Shown here: one piece after another, positions 49,570 to 58,669 of the stretch
Numbering within the stretch: position 1 is the first letter of the stretch
Layout of the letters: every line of letters starts with the position of its first letter
Sequence record: SRR20825010_130
DNA length: 64,000 nt
Direction: 5' to 3' (one strand)
Program-made: the position numbers and the translations under genes
Notes under the pieces: generated by a model
The model's input: only the letters and a program-made list of their open reading frames with translations
Told to the model about the DNA's origin: nothing
Databases searched by the model: none

Positions 49570-49992
49570 CTATTTTGGTCTGTCCATTAACTTCCCTTTC
49601 AACCTAATTAATTCTTCACTCTGCAAAGCATTAAAGAAATCTTGATAAAAGATAGAGTCTTGTTTTGAGGTATACATTAAGTTGTATTTAGTAGATGGTT
49701 CCGTAACTACAATAGCATCTACATTCCTTACTTTTCCCACCAATTCCAGATATTTTATTAGTGTAGTTATGCTCTGGCCTTCAATATTTAATTCTATACT
49801 ATCCATCAGCACTTTATCTGAACTACCATCAAAATAAGGCACCTGACTATAGGTTAATACACCATGCTGCGTTTCATGAATTATGGGTTCTCCACCAGAG
49901 AAAAATTTAAGAACTGAAAACACCAATACTCCTCCAATTAATAAGACAATACCAAATTTTGATATCCAATTAGGCATAAGTCGAGATTGCAT
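49570..49992 (-). CDS. Hypothetical membrane-anchored protein
   Basis: 140-aa ORF with an N-terminal TM helix. Confidence 0.6.
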   Translation of the reverse strand: MQSRLMPNWISKFGIVLLIGGVLVFSVLKFFSGGEPIIHETQHGVLTYSQVPYFDGSSDKVLMDSIELNIEGQSITTLIKYLELVGKVRNVDAIVVTEPSTKYNLMYTSKQDSIFYQDFFNALQSEELIRLKGKLMDRPK

Positions 49993-50034
49993 ACTTTGGA
50001 GTTAAAAGATACTTTACTAAAGTAAGGAAATATT

Positions 50035-50685
50035 CTACTTTCTAAAATACAAATCCATACCTTCTTGCGGCTGAATAGCAAGGACATTGGCGAGCACCAA
50101 CTTTATCAATGTCCGTGAAGCTATAAATTTCGATAAGTTTGCTGCCTTAGCATACTCCATAAGAGTAACAGTTTGGTTATTCTCTAAAAGCTCCATTAAC
50201 GCTCTTTCCTTTTCACCAAAAGTAAACTGCGTGTCCTTTGCTTTAACACGTCTTCTTAAAATTTCACGCATCTCTTTAGTCGCTTGAAGGCTTTGATCGC
50301 CAACCCTAACATAAGCCTTTCCTGTTTTTGAATTAGGATTATCTCTTAGCTGTAAAGGGGGCTTTTGACCTTTGTCAATTTCAAAAACAGCAATTCCTTT
50401 CTTTTCATTCAGTTTAATGATCTGAAAACGGTAATCGAGTTTTGGCCAAATCAAATTTTCTATAACTTGCTCCAACACAAATACTTCACCTTCTATATTA
50501 CGTGTGCCCAAAATAGCACCATCATCATCTACACCCAGTAGAAGTACCCCTCCTTGAGTATTAGCAAAAGCCACGAGTTCCTTCGCAATTTTATCCGGAA
50601 AGTTGGCCTTCTTCTTAAACTCAAGGTAAATGCCTTCTCCGTTTTTAGTGAACTCATTCAACCTTCGAGTATTCCAATTTTCCAT
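50035..50685 (-). CDS. AlbA_2/Schlafen-like domain protein with C-terminal HTH
   Basis: GEGIYLEFK, VAFANTQGGVLLLGVDDDG. Confidence 0.85.
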   Translation of the reverse strand: MENWNTRRLNEFTKNGEGIYLEFKKKANFPDKIAKELVAFANTQGGVLLLGVDDDGAILGTRNIEGEVFVLEQVIENLIWPKLDYRFQIIKLNEKKGIAVFEIDKGQKPPLQLRDNPNSKTGKAYVRVGDQSLQATKEMREILRRRVKAKDTQFTFGEKERALMELLENNQTVTLMEYAKAANLSKFIASRTLIKLVLANVLAIQPQEGMDLYFRK

Positions 50686-50785
50686 ACTTATTTAATCATA
50701 TTGTTTCTTCTCTCCATTAGGGTGAATTGTATTTTTGGAACCAAACCTTTGTCAAGCTGTGACTGAAAGTGAAGTTCCTAAAAAC

Positions 50786-50818
50786 AAAAAACGTCTCAAA
50801 ATAAATTGAGACGTTTTA
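50786..50818. terminator. Intrinsic terminator after the TPR gene
   Basis: aaaaacgtctcaa-aataaa-ttgagacgtttt. Confidence 0.75.
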
Positions 50819-50855
50819 AAGTGTGTGTATATATGTGTGTATATGGAATTCTAAT

Positions 50856-51890
50856 TTATCCTAGTAAGAAAGCGTAACCTTTAGTACGTCCTTTTTTACC
50901 TCTAATTAAAATGATGCATTCAATCATATCTCCTTCTGTAAGCCCCCTTATTGGTCTATCATTAAAGAAACGATATTGTTCACCATTATTCGGATTCAAA
51001 ACTTCTCCAAACTGTACTTGGCGCTTATCAACAAATGAACCATCAGGAACATTAGTACCTAAACCACCAGACTCATCACCTTCTGGCCTCGTAGTAGTTT
51101 CAACTACTATAACAGGGTTAGTTTCACCTAAACTCATCATTAGCCCAAATTTCTCCTTAAGTATCTCAAGGCTCTTCTCTTTATAAGAATCTCCTTTAAC
51201 GCTTAAGTCAACAAGGTTAGACAATGCTTCATCAGTTGATCCATCTTTCAAAAGAGTAAGTGCCAAATACCATTGTGCCTGCTCAGCATATTTTGAGTAA
51301 TTATTAAGAACAATGTTCAAATCATTTTTGGCAGCTTCGATATCTCCAGTCTCAATATGGGCAATACCCAAATAGAAATAATTGTCGGCATTCTTATCAG
51401 TTTCGACCAATTGAGCAAGCCCTCTTTCAGCCTCTTCATAGTTTCCTAAGTCATAAGCATAATAAGCCCTGTTTTTCAAATTTGTGAGGTCAACAGCCGT
51501 CCCTCTTTCAATACCCGATGCAATGTTAGTATAGGCCTCGTAATATTCTCCGAAAATTTTAGCTCCATTAACTTCTGATGTGCCGCTAAAGAGACCGAAG
51601 TAACTCAGTGACACAATCAAAAGCAGTGTAGCTGCAATCGAAATGTATTTTTTCATAGTGGTGTGGGTTTTAATTGTTTGACGTTTTTCAATTGAGGCTT
51701 CTTGGTTTTTCAAAGATTGAAGTACTTTAAGTTTTACTTCTTCTCTCATAATATTTTTAATGAGTTTTACTTCTTGAAATTCCAATTGAAATTCAGGATC
51801 ACTCTTTAACCTATCATCAAAGTCTAGCATCTCGCTTGTCTCGAGATTACCATTCAAATAAGCATCAATCAAATTTAAATTCTCTTTCAT
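50856..51890 (-). CDS. Single-TM TPR protein, probable anti-sigma factor
   Basis: LIDAYLNGNL N-terminus, TM helix, TPR (YFYLGIAH, AQWYLAL); directly after the ECF sigma. Confidence 0.75.
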   Translation of the reverse strand: MKENLNLIDAYLNGNLETSEMLDFDDRLKSDPEFQLEFQEVKLIKNIMREEVKLKVLQSLKNQEASIEKRQTIKTHTTMKKYISIAATLLLIVSLSYFGLFSGTSEVNGAKIFGEYYEAYTNIASGIERGTAVDLTNLKNRAYYAYDLGNYEEAERGLAQLVETDKNADNYFYLGIAHIETGDIEAAKNDLNIVLNNYSKYAEQAQWYLALTLLKDGSTDEALSNLVDLSVKGDSYKEKSLEILKEKFGLMMSLGETNPVIVVETTTRPEGDESGGLGTNVPDGSFVDKRQVQFGEVLNPNNGEQYRFFNDRPIRGLTEGDMIECIILIRGKKGRTKGYAFLLG

Positions 51891-51896
51891 CGGAAT

Positions 51897-52436
51897 TTAC
51901 TCTATTAGTTTCTTTATTCTTTGAATACACTTGTATTTCAAATTTTTTACAGTGTTTCCGCTACTATACCCCATTAATTCGGCAATCTCATCAGTGGAAA
52001 GCTTGTTGAAATAGAATAGCTCTAAAATTCGCTTACAAGGATCTCCCATCGAACTTATAACTTCTTTGACTTTGTCATACTTTTCGATTTTCTCTACTTC
52101 GAAATCATCGTCATCAACTATAAGATCATCATCATTAAATTTTCCTTGAAAAGTGATTTTGGTCTTCTTCCTTAAATCACCTAGTAACTTATTCTTTCCA
52201 ATAGAGTAGAGATAGGTCTTAATCCCAGCAGCATTCATTTCCTCAAAACTTCCATCTACGACATTTTCATAGAAAGACAAAATGGCATATTGATAAATAT
52301 CAACAGCTTGTTCTTGTGAACAATTATGAGTGTTTGTGATATACGCTATAAAGCTTTGCCTATAGTCAGAATAAATCTGTTCAAGTGCTTGCTGATCACC
52401 GCGTTTTAGTCTCACAATAAGACTGCTTTCGCTCAT
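51897..52436 (-). CDS. ECF RNA polymerase sigma factor
   Basis: Region 2 AVDIYQ..KTYLYSIGKN; region 4 EIAELMGYSS..VKNLKYKC. Confidence 0.9.
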   Translation of the reverse strand: MSESSLIVRLKRGDQQALEQIYSDYRQSFIAYITNTHNCSQEQAVDIYQYAILSFYENVVDGSFEEMNAAGIKTYLYSIGKNKLLGDLRKKTKITFQGKFNDDDLIVDDDDFEVEKIEKYDKVKEVISSMGDPCKRILELFYFNKLSTDEIAELMGYSSGNTVKNLKYKCIQRIKKLIE

Positions 52437-52447
52437 GCCTTCTCTTA

Positions 52448-52476
52448 TTAATGATTAAGAACCCCAAAGGTCACCC
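52448..52476 (-). promoter_or_regulatory. Putative ECF promoter GGGTGAC-N15-TCATTAA (sigma gene)
   Basis: Minus strand gggtgacctttggggttcttaatcattaa, ending 11 nt before the ATG. Confidence 0.6.
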
Positions 52477-52638
52477 TTGTAAAGTGATTTTTTTTATTTT
52501 TTTTGAAAAACCCCATCTTTTTAGCCCCAAATTAGGTAAATAACCTACCGCTGTTGCTCTACTGTATCCCTAAGGACTATAACTTTTTTCGATTTTAAAG
52601 TGATTTTTTTTGAAAATATAAAATTAATGATTTTTCGA

Positions 52639-52667
52639 GGGTGACATTTGCCATATTAAATCATTAA
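52639..52667 (+). promoter_or_regulatory. Putative ECF promoter GGGTGAC-N15-TCATTAA (response regulator)
   Basis: gggtgacatttgccatattaaatcattaa; identical boxes and spacing to the copy at 52448-52476. Confidence 0.6.
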
Positions 52668-52684
52668 AGCTATAAAGAGACATT

Positions 52685-53179
52685 TTGCAATTGAAAGGGA
52701 CATCATACTATTTAATAGACGATAAAATTCATTTGATGGAGGATCGGTTTTCTATTGAGCCTTCGTTTATTGTGAATCAGTCTGACTGGAAATTACTGGA
52801 AGGTATCAACATCCTGGTAGTTGACGACAACCCCATTAACCTAACCGTTGCAGACAAGACACTAGCCAAATTCGGAGGCACCTCTTTCAAATGCCTTAGC
52901 GCAGAAGAATCTCTAGTAGTTTTCAAGTCCAAACCAATTCAGCTAATTTTAATGGATCTACACATGCCTAGTATTGACGGATTTGCTGCTACTAGGTTAA
53001 TCAAAGAAACAAAAGAATTTAAAAAAAACCCAATTCCGATATTGGCATATACTACTTATAGCTACAATGATGTTAAACTTGAAATTGAAGATTGCGGCAT
53101 GAGTGGTTATATAGGAAAACCATTCACTCACATTCAGGTAATAGACACCATTCTAGAAGCTGTTGGTGTTCAGAAATAA
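52685..53179 (+). CDS. Stand-alone response regulator receiver domain
   Basis: ILVVDDN, LILMDLHMP, IGKPF; start uncertain. Confidence 0.85.
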   Translation: MQLKGTSYYLIDDKIHLMEDRFSIEPSFIVNQSDWKLLEGINILVVDDNPINLTVADKTLAKFGGTSFKCLSAEESLVVFKSKPIQLILMDLHMPSIDGFAATRLIKETKEFKKNPIPILAYTTYSYNDVKLEIEDCGMSGYIGKPFTHIQVIDTILEAVGVQK

Positions 53180-53275
53180 GATCTCCCTTTCTTTTTTTAT
53201 ATTCATTTGCTAGACTACCTTGGTTGGTAATTAGAACTTGTTACCCTATTTTTGGCGAAAACTACACCCATTGCC

Positions 53276-54550
53276 ATGCAAAGAGACCAACTCATTTTCG
53301 ATCTTATTAAAAAGGAATGTCACAGGCAAACCGAAGGGCTTGAATTAATTGCTTCGGAAAACTATGTATCTGACCAAGTCATGGAAGCCATGGGTTCGGT
53401 GCTGACGAATAAATATGCAGAAGGACTACCTGGCAAGAGATATTATGGTGGATGTGAGGTTGTAGATGAAGTAGAGTCATTGGCGATTTCAAGAATTAAG
53501 GAATTATTTGGAGCTGAGTGGGCCAATGTACAGCCACACTCAGGTGCACAAGCCAATGCTGCTGTAATGTTGGCATGCTTAAAGGCTGGAGACAAAATTC
53601 TAGGCTTTGACCTATCACATGGAGGTCATCTTACCCATGGTTCACCAGTAAATTTTTCTGGTAAATTATACCAACCATCTTTTTATGGGGTTGAACAAGA
53701 AACTGGATTAATTGACTGGGATAAAGTTGAGACCATTGCTTTAGAGCAAAGGCCAAAAATGATTATATGTGGTGCTTCTGCTTACAGTAGAGATTGGAAT
53801 TATGAACGTCTGCGTGAAATAGCTGACAAAATTGGAGCCCTTCTTTTGGCCGACATTTCTCATCCTTCTGGGTTAATTGCCAGGGGAATATTAAACGACC
53901 CATTAGAACATTGCCACATCGTTACAACTACCACGCATAAAACGCTTCGAGGGCCAAGAGGTGGTTTGATTATGATGGGTGAGGACTTCGAGAACCCCTG
54001 GGGAATAACAACTCCAAAAGGAGAGGTTAGAATGATGTCACAACTACTTGATTCTGGTGTTTTCCCTGGTACACAAGGTGGTCCATTGGAGCATGTAATT
54101 GCTGCCAAAGCTGTTTCTTTTGGAGAAGCATTAAGTGATCAATACATGGATTATATTCTTCAAGTGAAGAAAAATGCCCATGTAATGGCAAAAGCATTTA
54201 TGGATTCGGGTTATAAGATTATTTCTGGAGGAACTGATAATCACATGATGTTGATTGACCTTAGAAGTAAAGGGCTTACCGGAAAAATAGCCGAAGCTAC
54301 ATTAGGAAAGGCAGACATAACGATCAATAAAAACATGGTTCCATTTGATGACAAATCTCCATTTGTAACATCAGGAATGAGAATTGGTACCGCTGCAATT
54401 ACATCGCGAGGTTTAATTGAATCAGATATGGAACGAATCGTTGAAATGATCGATCAGGCTCTTTTGAGTCATGACAATGATTCAAAACTTAATTCAATTC
54501 GCTCTGATGTAAATTCATGGATGCGAGATTATCCACTTTTTCAGGCATAA
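53276..54550 (+). CDS. glyA: Serine hydroxymethyltransferase
   Basis: [35 protein letters not shown]. Confidence 0.98.
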   Translation: MQRDQLIFDLIKKECHRQTEGLELIASENYVSDQVMEAMGSVLTNKYAEGLPGKRYYGGCEVVDEVESLAISRIKELFGAEWANVQPHSGAQANAAVMLACLKAGDKILGFDLSHGGHLTHGSPVNFSGKLYQPSFYGVEQETGLIDWDKVETIALEQRPKMIICGASAYSRDWNYERLREIADKIGALLLADISHPSGLIARGILNDPLEHCHIVTTTTHKTLRGPRGGLIMMGEDFENPWGITTPKGEVRMMSQLLDSGVFPGTQGGPLEHVIAAKAVSFGEALSDQYMDYILQVKKNAHVMAKAFMDSGYKIISGGTDNHMMLIDLRSKGLTGKIAEATLGKADITINKNMVPFDDKSPFVTSGMRIGTAAITSRGLIESDMERIVEMIDQALLSHDNDSKLNSIRSDVNSWMRDYPLFQA

Positions 54551-54554
54551 TTAA

Positions 54555-55373
54555 TTGGCACTAGATCAGTTAAATGATAAAACCGAGATGGGTTTTTTAG
54601 ACCATCTTGAAGAACTAAGATGGCACTTGGTGAGATCTGTGATTGCTATTTTTGTTTTCACTCTCTTAGCATATCTGTCAACTGATTTCGTATGGGGCAC
54701 TGTTATTTTCGGCCCTACTCAACCTGACTTTTGGACATATAGAAAACTCTGTGAGCTTGGGCAAGTTATAGGCTCGCCTCAGCTTTGTATCGAGTCAATT
54801 CCCATTTCCTTTCAGAACAGAGAGATTGCGGGACAGTTTATGATGGATATTATGTCTTCAGCTGTTATTGGATTGATATTAGGTTTTCCTTACGTGTTTT
54901 GGGAAATTTGGAGGTTTATTAAGCCAGGTTTGAAGAGTACGGAAAAAAATGCCTCCAGAGGAGCAGTTTTGGTTGTATCGTTCCTTTTTATTCTAGGAGT
55001 GTCTTTTGGGTACTTCATTATCACTCCACTTTCTATAAATTTTCTAGCCAATTATAGTCTATCCGATCTGATCAAAAACGATATTGATATTAAGTCTATT
55101 GTGGGAATGTTGACAATGCTCACCTTGGCTTGTGGTTTTATGTTTCAACTGCCCGTGGTATCTTATTTTCTATCTAAGGCAGGTTTAGTTACGCCAGCAT
55201 TAATGAAAAGGTATAGAAAACACGCTTTAGTGGTTATACTTATACTATCAGCAATACTTACCCCCCCCGATGTAATGAGTCAGGTTTTAATTTCTTTACC
55301 AATTATAGTACTTTACGAGGTAAGTATTATCGTCTCGAGAAGAGTAGAAAAGAAAAGTCAGAAAAATCAATAA
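54555..55373 (+). CDS. tatC: Twin-arginine translocase TatC
   Basis: FLDHLEELRW, WRFIKPGL, LTPPD. Confidence 0.95.
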   Translation: MALDQLNDKTEMGFLDHLEELRWHLVRSVIAIFVFTLLAYLSTDFVWGTVIFGPTQPDFWTYRKLCELGQVIGSPQLCIESIPISFQNREIAGQFMMDIMSSAVIGLILGFPYVFWEIWRFIKPGLKSTEKNASRGAVLVVSFLFILGVSFGYFIITPLSINFLANYSLSDLIKNDIDIKSIVGMLTMLTLACGFMFQLPVVSYFLSKAGLVTPALMKRYRKHALVVILILSAILTPPDVMSQVLISLPIIVLYEVSIIVSRRVEKKSQKNQ

Positions 55374-55374
55374 A

Positions 55375-55806
55375 ATGAAGAATATAGGAATTGGTGGCGA
55401 CCACGCAGGTTACGAATACAAAAATGAAATCATACCTTATTTGGAGGCCTTAGGATTTAACGTGACAGACTTTGGGCCTAACTCGACAGATTCGGTAGAC
55501 TACCCAGACTACATCCATCCAATGGCCTCTCAAGTTGAAGCTGGTAAGCTGGATTTAGGGATTGCCATTTGCGGAAGCGGAAATGGTGTTTGCATGACCG
55601 CTAATAAACATCAGGGAATAAGAGCTGCCTTAACTTGGAATACAGAACTGGCTTCTTTGGCACGCCAACACAATAATGCAAATGTTGTTTGTATCCCTGC
55701 GCGATTTGTAGATTTAGACCTAGCAAAAAAAATGGCAAAAGTATTTCTTGAAACTGATTTTGAGGGAGGAAGACACCAAAAAAGAGTTGATAAAATCAAT
55801 TGCTAG
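55375..55806 (+). CDS. rpiB: Ribose-5-phosphate isomerase B
   Basis: DHAG, ICGSGNG, HNNANV, FEGGRH. Confidence 0.96.
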   Translation: MKNIGIGGDHAGYEYKNEIIPYLEALGFNVTDFGPNSTDSVDYPDYIHPMASQVEAGKLDLGIAICGSGNGVCMTANKHQGIRAALTWNTELASLARQHNNANVVCIPARFVDLDLAKKMAKVFLETDFEGGRHQKRVDKINC

Positions 55807-55818
55807 TTCACCCCATAA

Positions 55819-56871
55819 TCAAGGAGTGAAGAGAAAAGTAACTGAAGAGACAACCAGAAGAAGAAATACAATTTCCGCAACCCAACGTTTTCCTCTAGTC
55901 AGTAAAAACTGAGTGGAGAAAAAAGTCAAGGGGATAATTATGGTTTGCGCTGTCAATAATGTCAATTGATTATCTAATCTAAAGATCACCAAAGCGAAGA
56001 CCAACATCCATAACATCATTCTTTGTATCAAAATTTGATGATTTACAAGCCCCACCCCTTGAAAGCTTTGAGCTCCAGATAAAACACTCAGAAATAAAGG
56101 CAAACCAAAAATCAATAACAGTTCATTAATTACTCCGCTGTCCATTTCATTTATCTGAAACAGATCTGAAAAATAATATCCCAGAAAAGCAGCCCCTTGT
56201 CCGAAGTATAAATAATAAATCCAAAAGATAAGAAAACTAGAAACAAAGCCATATGTCATTAAGAAGTACCTTCGGACTAAAGTACCCGAATAGATGATGT
56301 AAATTACAATGGCGAAAATCAAGAAAATAAAGTATGGAGCATAACATAATGTGCCTAAGCCCAATAAGAACCCTGTAGTAAGAATATTCTCTTCTGACCC
56401 CCTAAACTTCAGATGAACAAGGATTTTATCCGTAGCTAATAGCAAAAAGGTATTGGCCATTAACGCTGGACTTAAGAACAAAAACTCTTGATTTGAGCTT
56501 AATATCAAGGCGTAAAGTATACCAGGCAAATAAGTGTTTTCTTCAAAAGCTGCATTCCTTTGAAGTGTCGAGTTAAAAATCAATGCTTGTATAAAAACAA
56601 GTATGGTTGACACCACAACGGACACCAACATTGAACTATTAAATAAAAATGTAAGTAGTCCGTAAAAAAAGACATACAATGGGCCAGCAGAAATGGAATT
56701 GAATATTACCACTCTTGGGTTTTCATTTAAAGCAGAACCCAGCAAATATGAGTTATCCAGAATAGTAGACTCTTCTAAGCCCATAATGAGCAGAATAACC
56801 CTAGTAATGATCAAAAAGGCAGCTATAAACAATAGCAAATAGGGATCGTTTTTTCTGAAGAATCGAAGCAA
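55819..56871 (-). CDS. Conserved polytopic membrane protein (DUF6427-like)
   Basis: 350-aa multi-TM ORF; no catalytic motif recognised. Confidence 0.65.
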   Translation of the reverse strand: MLRFFRKNDPYLLLFIAAFLIITRVILLIMGLEESTILDNSYLLGSALNENPRVVIFNSISAGPLYVFFYGLLTFLFNSSMLVSVVVSTILVFIQALIFNSTLQRNAAFEENTYLPGILYALILSSNQEFLFLSPALMANTFLLLATDKILVHLKFRGSEENILTTGFLLGLGTLCYAPYFIFLIFAIVIYIIYSGTLVRRYFLMTYGFVSSFLIFWIYYLYFGQGAAFLGYYFSDLFQINEMDSGVINELLLIFGLPLFLSVLSGAQSFQGVGLVNHQILIQRMMLWMLVFALVIFRLDNQLTLLTAQTIIIPLTFFSTQFLLTRGKRWVAEIVFLLLVVSSVTFLFTP

Positions 56872-56956
56872 TTTGAATGTTGTTACAATGAGTTGCTAAA
56901 ATAAGTCAAAAAAATGGCAGGAAGGAAAATAGATAAATTAATAAGATATTTGCATC

Positions 56957-57343
56957 ATGAACCAAAGCCAAAGTAAAAGACAGCTTAAATTTTCTAAACT
57001 CATTCAAAAAGAGATTAGCGAAATATTTCAAAAGGAACACTCAGCTAAATTCATCGGCTCATTGGTAACCGTATCTGATGTAAGTATGAGCCCTGATCTT
57101 GGTTTAGCCAGAATTTACCTCAGTATTTTCCCAGTGAAATCTTCTGAAAAAATTATGGAAGCAATAGAGGCATCCAAAAGCAAAATTCGTGGAAGCCTGG
57201 GAAGACGCATTGGTAAAGAAGTACGAATCGTTCCACATATTGCTTTCCATTCAGACAATACGGCTGAGGAAGCAGAGAAAATGGATCAAATCATCAACAA
57301 ACTGAATATCCCCCCTACTCCAAATAACGATACTGAAGAATAA
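56957..57343 (+). CDS. rbfA: Ribosome-binding factor A
   Basis: VTVSDVSMSPDLGLARIYLS, RIVPHIAF. Confidence 0.92.
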   Translation: MNQSQSKRQLKFSKLIQKEISEIFQKEHSAKFIGSLVTVSDVSMSPDLGLARIYLSIFPVKSSEKIMEAIEASKSKIRGSLGRRIGKEVRIVPHIAFHSDNTAEEAEKMDQIINKLNIPPTPNNDTEE

Positions 57344-57346
57344 ATT

Positions 57347-58573
57347 TTGAACCTCTCCAGTTTCATAGCAAAGCGTTATTTCGCTTCAAAGAAAAAAAAG
57401 AACTTCATACAGGTACTTTCATGGATTTCTGTGATTGGCGTGGCCATAGGCACAGCCGCCCTTATCGTTGTACTTTCAGTTTTCAACGGCCTTCAAGATT
57501 TTGTTCGCTCCATATACAACTCCTTTGATGCTCCTTTAACCATTCAAGCCTCGGTGGGGAAATCCTTTGTGATGACTCCCGAGCTACGGTCAAAAATTGA
57601 GACCATCGAGGGTATTAATGTAGTAACGGAAGTAATTGAAGACAACGCCCTGATCCTCTTTCAGGATCAGCAAGTCGTGGCTAAAATTAAGGGGGTTGAA
57701 AGCAACTATGCGACCGTAAATCGACTCGACTCTTTTTTAGTGCGTGGGAATATGAAGTTGAAAGAAAACAACATCAACTATGCAATTCTAGGAACAGGTG
57801 TGGCTTATGATTTAAGCCTTAGGCTTGATGTAAACCCCTATGGAATGCAGATCGTTTATCCCAAAAAGCTCAGACCTGGGGTGCCCGTTACTAATAGTTC
57901 AATCACTCGAAAAAGTATAGTCCCCGCTGCTATTTTCAATATTGAACCCGTTTATAATGAAAGCTATGTCTTTGTCCCATTGAGTTTCGCTCAAGAGTTA
58001 ATGGATTATGGGGAAAAACGGACTTCCGTAGAGCTTTACCTCAATGAAGGGGTAAGCATTAAGAAATTAAAAGAGCAAGTGGCAAATACACTCGGAAGTG
58101 ATTTCAAGGTCCTCAATAGCGATGAACTTCATTCTAGTTTATTAAAGGCCATAAAAATTGAAAAATTTTTCGCTTACATCACCCTCTCATTCATTATGGC
58201 TATTGCCTCTTTTAATATTTTCTTTACCCTTTCCATGCTGGCCATAGAAAAGAAGCGAGACATCTCCGTGTTGTACTCGTTTGGAGCTACCGCACAGTTT
58301 ATTCGCCAGATTTTCCTTAAGCAAGGTAGCATTATTTCTCTGGTAGGTTCCATCATCGGTTTATTAAGCGGCTTGGCCCTTTGCCTCCTACAACAACAAT
58401 TTGGTTTGGTGAGTATGGGAATGCAAAGTGCAGTAATGAATGCCTATCCCGTTAAATTGGAGTTAATGGATTTTATAATGGTAGGCTTTAGTATTTTTCT
58501 CATCACTGTTTTAATATCCTATCGCCCTGCAATTATTGCCTCACGGGTAGAAACCATTAAAAACCTCAATTGA
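57347..58573 (+). CDS. LolC/E-like (FtsX family) ABC permease
   Basis: IAKRYF, ALIVVLSVFNG, IEKKRDISVL. Confidence 0.88.
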   Translation: MNLSSFIAKRYFASKKKKNFIQVLSWISVIGVAIGTAALIVVLSVFNGLQDFVRSIYNSFDAPLTIQASVGKSFVMTPELRSKIETIEGINVVTEVIEDNALILFQDQQVVAKIKGVESNYATVNRLDSFLVRGNMKLKENNINYAILGTGVAYDLSLRLDVNPYGMQIVYPKKLRPGVPVTNSSITRKSIVPAAIFNIEPVYNESYVFVPLSFAQELMDYGEKRTSVELYLNEGVSIKKLKEQVANTLGSDFKVLNSDELHSSLLKAIKIEKFFAYITLSFIMAIASFNIFFTLSMLAIEKKRDISVLYSFGATAQFIRQIFLKQGSIISLVGSIIGLLSGLALCLLQQQFGLVSMGMQSAVMNAYPVKLELMDFIMVGFSIFLITVLISYRPAIIASRVETIKNLN

Positions 58574-58669
58574 TTTTCAAGTAGTTATATTTTTTACTCC
58601 GCTTTTTGTTCAATTTCGGCCAGCCCTTCTCAAATTAATAATTAATTTGCGGGTCGCATTTTTTTTGAA

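Noticed and set aside
50819-50845. gtgtgtgtatatatgtgtgtatat microsatellite-like tract
   Set aside because: Short low-complexity 3' UTR sequence with no evidence of function
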